Shown here: positions 39,641-51,970 of the stretch, piece after piece
Numbering within the stretch: the stretch's first letter is position 1
Layout of the letters: each line of letters opens with the position of its first letter
NCBI GenBank assembly: GCA_013239625.1
Contig: MU053881.1
Coordinates: 14,250,373-14,314,372 of the forward strand
Reading direction: 5' to 3'
Length of the DNA stretch: 64,000 nucleotides
Origin: Lama guanicoe
Lineage: Eukaryota
Position numbers and translations under genes: made by a program
Notes under the pieces: model-generated
Told to the model about the DNA's origin: nothing
The model's input: only the letters and a program-made list of their open reading frames with translations
The model's database searches: none

Positions 39641-40464
39641 GGGACCTAGGCTGCCAGTCCTCAATCACTGCTTCTGATTTACTGCGTACTGAGGCTTCCT
39701 GATTCCCACTACCTCTTTCAGTCTCCTCTTGTCTCCTGCGGCCTTCACAGCCCTCTACAATCTCTACCAACCTGCAGTCACGCAGCCCCCTCACTGAACA
39801 CCACCAGGGACAAGAAGCTCGCCACCCACTAGGCCCAAACCATTCTCAAACCACACACAACTGCCACCGCCCCCTCTGCTGCTTGGGGATCACACTTGAA
39901 GAACCACTGCTCTGAAATGGAGGACACAAACATGAATTTAGACTGTTTTCCATGGAACTACTTTGCACCATTTGGGAGACAACGGCTCAATAATTTCAAG
40001 AAGTTATTTTAGGCCCACAAGTACTCATGCATGTTTGTCCTCGGTGAGGATAACAGAGACAGTTGTGCTGGTCCATGAAGGCGGCTCCTCTCGTAGAACA
40101 ATCCAGAACAATCGCTGTCGTTCGTTGCCTATCATTCTAGGTGGTGGATGATGTCATACACTGTTCCTAACCCTTACAGCAACTTGGAAGAGGTAGGTTT
40201 TCGTATCCCTCTCGTGGGGGAACAGGGTGAGACAACTGAGACATAAAGGGTTTAATCACTTTCCAGGTTCACACAGCCCCAATCTGTCCGATCCCAAATC
40301 CTGTGTCCCCTCCATATGCCAGTCACCTGCTCCCTGGGCATGCCCCTCTGAACCACAGCAAAACTTGCTGGAGATAACTGGAGGCAGAGATGAATATTTC
40401 CCCGTGGATCACATTTTTTAAAAGTACCACCTCTATCAGGTCTTTAAAAGTATGATATAGCCAT

Positions 40465-40855
40465 ACTTTTGGCTACATCATCATGTGTGACTGAAACATG
40501 TTGTACACCAGAAATTGACACAACATTGGAAACTGACTATACTTGTTTTAAAAAATCATACATCATGAAATGATTCCCACAGTCAGGTTAGTGAACACCC
40601 ATCATCTCATACAGATACTATGGGGGTAGAGGGTGGGAAGGGAGAGACTGGGGTTTCAAAATTGTAGAATAGATAAACAAGATTACACTGTATAGCACAG
40701 GGAAATATACACAAAATGTTATGATAACTCACAGAGAAAAAAATGTGACAATGAGTGTGTATATGTCCATGAATGACTGAAAAATTGTGCTGAACACTGG
40801 AATTTGACACAACACTGTAAAATGATTATGAATCAATAAAAAATGTAAAAAGAAA
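40465..40855 (+). mobile_element. Two short lineage-specific L1 3'-tail insertions (about 40465-40555 and 40620-40855)
   Basis: tgactgaaacatgttgtacaccagaaattgacacaacattg and ctgtatagcacagggaaatatac...gacacaacactgtaaaatgattatgaatcaataaaaaa. Confidence 0.82.
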
Positions 40856-41039
40856 ATTTTTCTTGTGATGAGAACTCAGAATTTACTCCAGTTTCTATCC
40901 TTAACATTTCTGTTTTGATTGCATTTTTACATGTATGTGTTACTTTTGGAATTCCAAAAAATTCAGGAAAACAAAGTGTTAAAATCATCAGGTACTCTTC
41001 CCTAAAAATCCTAAATTTCATGCATCTCTACGACACAGA

Positions 41040-41575
41040 AAGATCTGAGCCACCCGTGTCTGTGGCGTCACCCATCAGAAACGCACTGTCTCACTTGGTA
41101 AGACCTGAGGCAGGACGGGACCCGGGCTGTGAGTTCAGTGGTTAACTGACTCATGACATCCTAAAGCATCTTTGCACTTCCCCATCCTGGGCTTGAGATG
41201 TGGCTCCCTTTACAGCATTACCTGGCTGCTGCAGTTCCAGACATCACAAGCTGCTATGATACTGTCCAGTAAAAGAAGAGGCAACTATTTTTTCCTACGA
41301 GACTCTTTTTTTTTAACAAGAACTTATTCTAGAAACATCCACAGCAGACTTCTCACATTCTATTAGAACAGCATTCCATGCCCCTACTAATCCAATCATT
41401 AGTAAAGGGAGCGAGGTCATCCAGCTTCAAATGGACAAATAATTTGCTCCCTGGAACTGGAGAGGCATGCCTCCTTTGAGGTACATGGCTTGCCTACTCT
41501 TTGAACAATGTTGTGGTTCTACTAAGAAGTAAAAAGGAGGTAAAAGGCTCATCAGTACACAACCAGTGGTGTCAC
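41040..41575. mobile_element. MaLR (MLT1-type) LTR remnant
   Basis: tggctgctgcagttccagacatcaca...cagcagacttctcacattctattagaac...ccaatcattagtaaaggg. Confidence 0.55.
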
Positions 41576-42389
41576 AACTGTTCCCTAAAGACCATGTTCC
41601 TCTAATGAGTGTTCTCACCCAGCAATTCTGTGTCCCTCCCTACGCCACGTATTCTCCGAAGCACTTTGTTTCTGAGCCACATATACTCGGTTTCTAGACT
41701 ACTGGTATTAAAGTGCTCCTGATTTTGTTACTGTTACTTATGCCAACAGGGATAATCATAAAAGCCTGTGAAGTTGCACAGAACTGGGTTCATATCCCAC
41801 TCCACCTTCTATGGCTAGTGGGAAATATCACTGTAAAGATGATTGAAACACACCGATTAAAACCCACTAAAGATCCCAAGCCATGGTCTAGTTAATTTCA
41901 GACACTGAGAATTCTGAAAGCAAGTAAGCAAATGATTTTTAGTGGTGGTACTATATGGCTCAGTTTAGCAGGATATATACCGTGTTTGACAAGAAGGATG
42001 AAGCTGAATAGATTTTAGAGGAGCAATTTAAAAACAGACAGACTTGTCTTGCATGTTTGAAGGTGTAGCTTCCCTCTAGGTAGGATTCGATGCATTCCGC
42101 CCCCCTCCTGAAAAACTGGAGGAAGTCAGCTCCCTGCAACATTCAGGCTTTTGTCCGTTTGGGAAGTTGTCAAAAGTCTCAAGCCCCATGTTACAACCTT
42201 GAGGAATCTCTGGCATGTGATCAATGGTCTTTCTGGTACAGGAGGTGACTGAACACAGCTGATAGGTGGGAGGAGGAAGAGATCCCCCTGCCCCATCAAA
42301 GCTGGACCCTGGATGCACTGTTATCTTAGTTTCTTCCCCTCCCCATCATCACTACCTGTTCTCTAAAATGCCCTTGGCACTGACCCTTT

Positions 42390-42865
42390 GTGCTAGGTGC
42401 CTTTATTTGCCCCTCCTGAGCCACTCACCCTCTTCTCCGCCCTGCTTTGTACCCCCAGAACCTGGAGGAATGTATCCGTGGGTTCCTGACCCTCCGACTT
42501 CCAGGTGGGTTTGGCACTGGCAAGAAATCAGTGAGAAGGAGCCGAGAGAACTTGGTGAGGTTAATGTATTTATTCTCTAAGTTCCCTCCCTGTGGGGTCC
42601 CTAAGAGCTAGCTGCATCCAAAGGTCTCAGCTCAAGTAAGGCAGCCCTCTCCACAGCCCCATCCCCCCAGTTCCAGGCGCCCACCCCCTCACCTGCCCCT
42701 GGAGGCTTAGAAGTGGCAACAGAGCCTCGCTACTGGAATCTGGGGTTCTGCACTATACCTTGTGGTTTCCCTACACGCTGCCCACCGCATTGTAAATTGT
42801 TTCTTTATGAAACTCTGCTTGAGCTACCCTAATTCTAGCATGCCATCTGTTTCCTGCTGATACAC
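42390..42865 (+). mobile_element. ERVL LTR (LTR33/LTR16-like)
   Basis: tgcactataccttgtggtttccctacac...ttgtaaattgtttctttatgaaactct...tgccatctgtttcctgctg. Confidence 0.65.
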
Positions 42866-44221
42866 GTCTCTAATTTGATCTTATATAAGCTTATATGAGC
42901 TTATAAAAAGCTCTTATATGAGCTTTTTGCTTGCTGGTATTTCTGTGTTCCTGCCCCCTCTGAATCTCTGCTCTGTACAGTGCCAACAACCTCAACCTCT
43001 GAAGCTGCACAGAACTGGGTCCACATTCCACTCCACCTTCTGTAGCTAGAAGACCCCAGGCCAGTCACTTTACCTCTTTGAACATCAGTTTCCTCATCTG
43101 CAAAATGGCAATAATAATAACAGCAGTATCCCCTCACGGAGATCCCATGAGGCTTCAATGATACAATAGGGATTGGTGGGGAGTGTGATGAACTCAAACT
43201 CAACTAAAAGGAGGCAGCAGCTCCTCAGATCTGAGTGATGGTTGTTATGACGAAAAGCCAGCCCACAGCTGTCAGTTCTTCTGATACTTGAAGACGCCAA
43301 AAATCCAGATTTCTATGTGAAATCTCCCCTTTACTAGAACATGAGTACCATGAGGACAATGATGACTGTCTGACTCGTTACTGTATCCTCAGTGACTAGA
43401 ATAGTGCCCAGCACATAGAAGTGATCAAAACATCTTTGTAGAATAATTCCAGTTTTTAAATAATAGCAACCAGTGAGGACAAAACAAAACCAGGGCCATG
43501 CAAGTAACACACGACCGTGAGAGTGAACACCCCTTTACACAGTGTACCCTAAGCACCTCACTCATCCCAGTCCCAGCCCTGAACAAAACACTCCTGCTAA
43601 TTGCTACTTATCCTTCTGCTCTAGAAATAACCATAATTGAAAGGTTCTGGTAAATGATGGGTCCTTTATGAGCCTCCTGCTAATGAGATAAAGCCATATT
43701 TTTAAGAAGTAGGGGACAGCCATCATTTTCAGAACTGCCACTGTGCAGCCCCTAGCCCGGTGCACCCGCCACCAGGCACTTAATGAATGTCCTGGGGGCT
43801 GAGAGAAAAGAGAGGCAGCAACTTGTCTTGGCCCAAGTAGCTCATGGATGCTCCTCTCCAGCTCTGCCACAGCCTGATGATACAAACCCAGGGAGCTGCA
43901 GATTTGTTACCCAGTTTGTAGGTGCCAAGAAGACAGCTCTCCAGCAAAAGAATGACTCGGTGGACACACTGCAGATAAATAACGTATGAAAACCACTTCT
44001 ACTTTGACGGCTCTTTGCAATGACACTAATATTGATGAAAAATGTTAGCATGTGTTAGATGGTGTTACATTCAGCGAGAGATGAGGTTTGGCAGACCCCA
44101 GGTCAGTTCTAGTCTAGGCCAGAGATGTGAGAAACAGCAATTCCCAGCTGACAGGTGTTAGCGCCTATATGAAACAGGCTGGCTGGTCAAATAAGACCAA
44201 CACTTGACTTTGGCATGTATC

Positions 44222-44690
44222 TTGTGGTGGCGATGGTTGGTTGACTGACCCAACAGTCCTTACCAAATCCCTCCCATCTAGTCAGCTTCCACCCCGGGGG
44301 TTAGTAAATTTTTCCCTTGACCTTTCTGCAGTTGGCAGTGGTCATGTAAAGCACAGTAATTCATAAGTGGAATTCTGCTGAGTGGAGAAGGGAGTTCTGA
44401 GAATAAAATGTGCTTTCCTGAAAAGTGGGCAGAAGTGATTAGTCAGCACCATCTGTTTCACTCTCTTCCTGCCCTGAATTGTGATGTGATGTCCAGAGCT
44501 GCTGCAGCCATTTTAAAACCAAGAGGCATGGGAGAAGAGGATTGCAGTGACAGCAATCTTAATGTCACTGAGCCTCCAAACCAATGCCAATAGCTGTGCA
44601 TTTTCAGACAGGATGAGGAAAAGTAAATGCCTGTTTGTATAAGGCTCTGTAATCTGGATATTTTACTCAGTACAAATGAGTGCAGTCTGA
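44222..44690 (+). mobile_element. MaLR (MLT1I/J-like) LTR remnant
   Basis: tgtggtggcgatggttggttgactgacccaacag...gatgtgatgtccagagctgctgcagccatttt. Confidence 0.6.
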
Positions 44691-46249
44691 TATTTAAACT
44701 CTCTGTGCCTCTGTGGTCTCATTTGTATAATGCGAAGAATAACAGTATCTACTATTGTGAGAAGTGGTAACTTTAATAAAAATCTGTTCAAGGTCTTGAA
44801 ATAGAACTTGGCACACAGTAAATCCTTAACACTAGTATCATTACATATTAATGAATAAGAAGTTACTAGGCTTTTTTTTCAAATACCCCTAAAGTAAATA
44901 CAAATAATGCCTGAATCAATGTAAGCAAAAAGCCAAAAGGAAATAAAATCAGATATGGGGGCGAGGGGAGGCTGCAGACTTGGATTCAGGAGATTCAGTT
45001 TCTAAATGTCCGATAAGAGGGGAATTATCATTCAAACAAATGCTCATGAACTCCATGAACTACATATGCAGCCATTTAAAATGCATGAAAAAAATCCTAT
45101 GGCATGAGGATATGCTTATGACAAAATGTTTAATAGCAAAAAACAGAACACACACACACACACATAAACACACAAATTACTTTGAAAGGATCACACAACT
45201 GTGTTTTTAAAAAGTGAAAATGAAAAGAAGCCAAAATGGTAATCTATAAGCTTATGGACAGTTATTTTTCTGTTCTATGATTTTCTGAACTTTCCAAATT
45301 CCCAGTTAAAAAAATTGTATAATTAAAAAAAATGTTAATTGAAAATTTTTCCCTTTTACACTTTGCTGCATTTTCAGAATTCACTTGAGTAAATTCATAT
45401 TACTTATGTAATAAAAAATAAATTACTTTTTTAAACAAAACACACTTGTTGCCCAGAGGCAGATGGAATCTGACCAGTCTTAGTAATACTGCAAGACCCA
45501 AGGCAAAAATACATGATGATTTTTCAAAAGTTACCAACAGTGTAATTTTAATATATCTGAAAGTGTAACTGTGCCTCAGAGGGTAGAAGTGGCCATGTTT
45601 AAGGGCTCACTCCTGCTTCCCAAAGACATGCGCAGGGGAATTAGTCAGAGCGGGCCTCAATGCACGCTATTCTGTTTTCTGTCACATTAGAGAAACTGAG
45701 GCATGGGATTTTGTTTCTTTCCTTTCTTCTAAGATGGTGTATCTTTCTATGAATTTTTTAGATAAAAATTATGTTTTTATTTGAGAGACTTTGCACTGGA
45801 GGCTCAGCTGCACTAGTTACTAGGTATATGACACAGAGGTCAGACAAGGTGAGCAATCTTTTGAAAACTCCATTTTCCCACCTCTAAAATTATGGTTCAT
45901 ATATGTGCTTCACCAGGAAAGCCACATTCTGCAAATGTAATAACGTGTGTTAAAGTGCTTTATAAATTGTAAAGCCCAGTACAAACTTTAGTGAAAAGAA
46001 CAGAGGCTCTGATGCGGCAGCCTTCATCAACATCCTGGCTGTGACACTTTGTAGTGTGTGAAATTTACGCAAGGATGTCACCTCCCTGAGCTTTGGGTTT
46101 CTCATCGAGAAAAGGGAGGTGTTATCTTTCCTTACATATGACACTTGGCGCACTGTAAACACCTAATATAGGAAATTTGTAATTATACTATTGCCTTTTC
46201 CCAGGAACAATCAAAGAAATATGATATATCAACCAAGGATATATATATC

Positions 46250-47309
46250 CTTCTGGTGTAATGTGCCATTTAAGGTCAGTGTTTCCTTATTGATTTTTTG
46301 GGAATGATCTGTCTACTGATGTAAGGGGGGAGTTAAAGTCTCCTATTATCATTGTGTTAACTGTTGATTTCTCCCTTTAAGTCTGTTAATATTTGCTTTA
46401 TGTATTTAGGTGCTCCTATGTTGGGTGCATGTATATTTATAATTATTACATCTTCTTAGATTGATCACTTGATCATTACATAATGTCCTACTTTTTCTCC
46501 TATAACAGTCTTCATTTTAAACTCTATTTTGTCTGATATAACTATTGCTCCCTTGGTTTTCTATGATCAGGAACAAGATAAGGATGCCTCCTCTTGCCAG
46601 TTTTGTTCAACATACTATTGGAAGTCCTAGCCACAGGAATTAGACAAGAAAAAGCAATAAAAGGAATACAAATCTGAAAACCAGAAGTAAAATTGTCAGT
46701 TTCAGATGATCTGAAACTATACATTAAAAAATCCTAAAGGTGCTCCCCCCTCAAAAAAAATTCTAGAGCTCATTAATGAATTTGGTAAAGTTATAGGGTA
46801 CAAAATTAAGATACAGTAATGGGCTGTGCTTCTGCACACGAACAATGAACTATCAGATAGAGATATTAAGGTAACAATCCCATTGTTACCATCAAAAACA
46901 ATAAAATAATCATGAATAAATCTACCTAAAGAAGTGAAAGACCTTTATTCATAAACTATAAGATGTTACTAAAGGAAACTGAAGACAACACACAGAGAAG
47001 GAAAGATATACTGTGTTCATGAATTGGAAAAATTAATTTTGTTAAAGTGACCATACTACCCAAGGTAATCTACAAATTCAGTGCACCAATGGCATTTTCA
47101 CAGACCTAGAACAATTAATTTTAAAATTTGTGTGGAAACACAAATGACCCTAAAGACCCAAAACTATCTTGAGAAATAAGAACAGAGCTGGAGATATCAT
47201 GCTCCCTGACTATACTACAATGCCACAGTAATCAAAATGCCTCAGAACTGGCACAAAAATAGAAAAATAGATCAACGGAACAGAAATCAAGCTCAGAAAT
47301 AAACCCACA
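46250..47309. mobile_element. Old antisense L1 piece (46250-46550) followed by the left half of a sense L1 ORF2 (about 46555-47309)
   Basis: ttaaagtctcctattatcattgtg...ggtgctcctatgttgggtgcat (antisense EN region), then caggaacaagataaggatgcc...gaagtcctagccacagg (sense RT region). Confidence 0.85.
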
Positions 47310-50300
47310 GAACAACTATATGGAAACAAATTGGACAACCCAGAAGAAATGGACAAGTTTCCAGAAACATACAGTCCACCAAGACTGAATCAAGAAGAAA
47401 TAAACCACTTGAACAGACTGATCACTAGAAATGAAATAGAATTAGTAATTTTAAAAAAAACCTCCCTGCAAACAAAAGTCCAGGACCAGATGGCTTCATT
47501 GGGAAATTCTACCAAACACACAAAGAAGAACTCATACCAGTCCTTCCAAAAGATTGAAAAGGAAGGAGTACTCCCAAACTCATTCTATGAAGTCACCATC
47601 ACCCGGATTCCAAAGCCAGATGAAGACATTACCAAAAAAGAAAATTACAGGCCAATATTACTGATGAACATAGATGCAAAAATCCTCAACAAAATATCAG
47701 TAAACAGAATCCAACAGCACATAAAAAAGATCGTACACCATGATCAAGTTGGATTCATCCCAGGGACACAAGGATGGTTCAACATATTCAAATCAATCAA
47801 TGTGATACACCACATCAACAAAAGAAAAGGCAAAAATCACATGATCATCTCAATCCATGTAGAAAAAGCATTTGATAAAATTCAACACCCATTTATGATA
47901 AAAACTCTAACCAAAGTGGTTATAGAGGGAACATATCTCAACATAATAAAAGCTATTTATGACAAACCCATAGCCAGCGTAATACTCAACAGTGAAAAAC
48001 TGAAAGTCTTCCCACTAAAATCTGAAGCAAGACAAGGATGCCTACTTCAATTCAACATAGTCTTAGAAGTCCTAGCCACAGCAAGCAGGCAAGAAAGAGA
48101 TAAAAGGGATCTAAATTGGAAGAGAAGAGGTAAAATTGTCACTATATGCAGATGACATGACACTATATATATAGAAAACCATAAAGGTTCCACACAAAAA
48201 CTACTAGAGCTGATCAAAGAATTCAGCAAGGTAGCAGGATACAAGATCAACATACAAAAATCAGTTGCATTTCTTTACACTAACAATGAATTAGCAGGAA
48301 AAGAAAGCAAAGAAACAGTCACTTCCAAAATCGCATCCAAAACAATAAAATACTTAGGAATAAATCTGACCAAGGAGATGAAAGACTTACACATGAAGAA
48401 CTACAAAACATCGATAAAGGAAATTAAATATGACTTAAGGAAGTGGAAAGATATCCCATGCTCTTGGATTGAAAGAATCAATATTGTCAAAATGGCAATA
48501 CTGCCCAAGGCAATCTACAGATTTAACTCTATCCCTGTCAATTACCCAGGTCATTTGTCACAGAACTAGAACAAAAAAATCCTCAAATTTATATGGAATC
48601 ACAAAAGACCCCGAATTGCCAAAGCAATAGTGAAGAAAAAGAATGTAGCTGGAGGAATAACCCTCCCAGACTTCAGACAATACTACAGAGATACAGTAAT
48701 CAAAACAGCATGGTATTGGTACAAAAACAGACCTATGGGTCAACGGAACAGACTAGAGAACCCAGAAACAAACCAACAGACCTATGGTCAATTAATCTTT
48801 GACAAATGAGGCAAGAATTTACAATGGAGAAAAGACAAGTGGTGTTGGAAAAATTTGATAGCAGCATATAAATCGCTGAAGTTAGAATACTCCCTCACAC
48901 CATACCCAAAAATAAACTCAAAATGACTTAAAGACTTAAATATAAGACAAGACACGATAAATCTCCTAGAAGAAAACATAAGCAAAATAGTCTCTGACAT
49001 AAATGTCAGCAATGTTCTCCTATGTCAATCTACTCAAGCAATATAAATAAAAGTGAAAAATAAACAAATAGGACCTAATTAAACTTAAGCTTTTGCACAG
49101 CAAAGGAAACCATAAGCAAAACAAAGACAACCTACAGAATGGGAGAAAATATTTGCAAACCATGTGACTGACAAAGGCTTAATTTCCAGACTATATAAAC
49201 AGCTCTTACAATTTAATAACAACAAAAACCCAATCCAAAATGGGCAGAAGAATTAAACAAGCAATTCTCCAATGAAGACATACAAATGGCCAATAAGCAC
49301 ATGAAAAAAATGCTCACTATCACTAATTATCAGAGATATGCAAATCAAAACTACATGAGGTATCACCTCACAGAATGGTCACCATTCAAAAGTCCATGAA
49401 CAATCAATGCTGGAGAGGGTGTGGAGAAAAGGAAACCATTCTACACTGTTGATGAGAATGTAGTTTGGTGCAACCATTATGGAAAACAGTATGGAGAGTC
49501 CTCAAAAAACCAAAATTAGACTTACCATATGATCCAGCATTCCCACTTCTGGGTATATATCTGGAGGAAACTCTAGCTAAAAGATACATGTACCCCAATG
49601 TTCTATATACAATAGCCAAGACATGGAAGCAACCTAAATGTCCATCAACAAATGACTGGATAAAGAAGTTGTGGTATATTTATACAATGGAATAAAAATG
49701 GCCAATAAGCACATGAAAAAAATGCTCACTATCACTAATTACCAGAGATATGCAAATCAAAACTACAATGAGGTATCACCTCACAGAATGGTCACCATTC
49801 AAAAGTCCATGAACAATCAATGCTGGAGAGGGTGTGGAGAAAAGGAAACCATTCTACACGGTTGATGAGAATGTAGTTTGGTGCAACCATTATGGAAAAC
49901 AGTATGGAGAGTCCTCAAAAAACCAAAATTAGACTTACCATATGATCCAGCATTCCCACTTCTGGGTATATATCTGGAGGAAACTCTAGCTAAAAGATAC
50001 ATGTACCCCAATGTTCTATATACAATAGCCAAGACATGGAAGCAACCTAAATGTCCATCAACAAATGACTGGATAAAGAAGTTGTGGTATATTTATACAA
50101 TGGAATACTACCCAGTCATAAAATAATGCCATTTGCAGCAACATGGATGGACCTAGAGATCGTCATTCTAAGTGAAGTAAGCCAGAAAGAGAAAGAAAAA
50201 TACCATACGATATCATTCATATGTGGAATCTAAAAAAAAAAGGACACCATGAACTCATCTACAAAATAGAAACAGACTCACAGGCATAGTAAACAATCTT

Positions 50301-50628
50301 ATGGTTACCAGGGAAAGGGGGTAGGAAGGGATAAATTTAGGAGTTTGAGATTTGCAAATGTTAGCCACTATATATAAAAATAGATTAAATTTTAAAAAGT
50401 TTCTTCTGTATAGCACAGGGAACTATGTTCAATATCTTACAATAACCTCTAGTGAAAAAGAATATGAAAATGAGTATGTGTATGTGTATGCATGACTGGG
50501 ACATTGTGCTGTATACCACAAATTGACATGACTGGGACATTGTGCTGTATACCACAAATTGACACACTGTAACTGAATGTACTTCAATAACTAATTAATT
50601 AATTAATTAATTAACCATCAAAAAAAAA
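47310..50628 (+). mobile_element. Younger 5'-truncated lineage-specific L1 (ORF2 RT to polyA) nested in an older L1; frameshifted
   Basis: ORF 47331-48155 [18 protein letters not shown]...[15 protein letters not shown]...[19 protein letters not shown]. The YADD motif is present (tatgcagatgac). TSD agaaataaacccaca (47295-47309) / agaaagaaacctaca (50629-50643). Confidence 0.95.
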
Positions 50629-51970
50629 AGAAAGAAACCTACAAACTTGTGGTCAATTAATCTACAACAAAGAAAGCGAGAATATACACTAGAGAACACT
50701 CTTCAGTATGTGGTACTGAGAAACTGGACATCTACATGTAAAAAAATGAAACTAGAATATTTTATAACACTACGTACAAAATAAACTAAAAGTGGATTAA
50801 AGATCAAAGGCAAGAATGGAAACTATAAAACTCCTTGATTAAACATCAGCAAAACACTCTTTAACATAAATTGTACCCTTATTTTTATGTCTCCTAAGGC
50901 AAAGAAAATAAAAGTGAAAATAAACAAATGGGACTAAATAAACTTAGAAACTTTTGCACACAAAGAAACCATCAATTAAAATAAAGACAATCTACTGAAT
51001 GAAAATATTTGCAAATAAAATGGCCGATAAGAGATAATATTCAACATATAAACCACTCACACAACTCAACATCATAAGACCATACAACACAGTTTAAAAA
51101 GTCGGCAAAAAACCTGAATAGACATTTTTCCGAAGAGCACGTACAGACGGCCAACGGGCACATGAAAAGATGCTCAACATCGTTAATTATCAAAGCAATG
51201 CAAATTACATCCACAATGACTTTCCCCTCACACCTGTCAGAATGGCTATCATCAATAAGAACACAAATAGAAAATGTTGGCAGGATGTGGAGAATGTAAA
51301 TTGGTGCAGCCAATGTGAAAAGCAGTATGGCAGTTCCTCAAAAAACTAAAAACAGAACTATCTTATGAGCCAGTAATTCCACTCCTTGGTATATATCTGG
51401 AAAAAACTAAAACAATGATTTGAAAAGATACATGCACAGCAACACTATTTACAATTGCCAAGATATGGAAGCAATCTCAGTGTCCATCAACAGAGGAAAG
51501 GACAAAGAAGATGTAATATACATACATTATACTACTCAATCACTGAAAGAAGAAAATTTGCTATTGGCAGAACACAGGTGGACGTGGAGGGTATTAAGCC
51601 AAGCAAAGTAAGTCAGAAATAGAAGAACAAATACTGTATGATATCACCTATCTACAAAAGAAAAATAATGAACAAAAAAGAAACAGACTTCAGATTCTGG
51701 AGAACAGACTAGTGTTTAGCAGTGGGGAGAAGGAAGGAGATAGGAGAAAGAAAAGGGTAGAGGATTAAGAGGTACTAACTACTATGTACGAAATAAATGT
51801 ACAAAAAGCTTAAGGATATATTGTACAACACAAGGAATATAACCAGTATTTTATAACAACTATAAATATAACATTAAAAGTTGAGAATCCCTATGCTGTG
51901 CACCTGATGCTTATATAATATTGTACATCAACTATGCCTCAATTAAAAATATATTAAAACTAAAACACAC
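50629..51970 (+). mobile_element. Right half of the older host L1 (ORF2 end and 3'UTR)
   Basis: Resumes ttgtggtcaattaatctacaacaaag where the left half stopped, and ends tgtacatcaactatgcctcaatt plus an A-rich tail. Confidence 0.88.

Noticed and set aside
46250..46560. Antisense/sense L1 junction as a twin-priming 5' inversion
   Set aside because: The two parts are far apart on the L1 map, and antisense L1 appears to resume at about 51975. Nesting of independent elements is the simpler explanation.
47331..48155. 274-aa reverse-transcriptase ORF as a novel RT system or domesticated gene
   Set aside because: It is ordinary L1 ORF2, 5'-truncated and frameshifted, inside an element with polyA and TSD.
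49284..50562. Direct repeats as a CRISPR-like or other programmed array
   Set aside because: Only two head-to-tail copies each, with no spacers, inside L1 in a mammalian genome.
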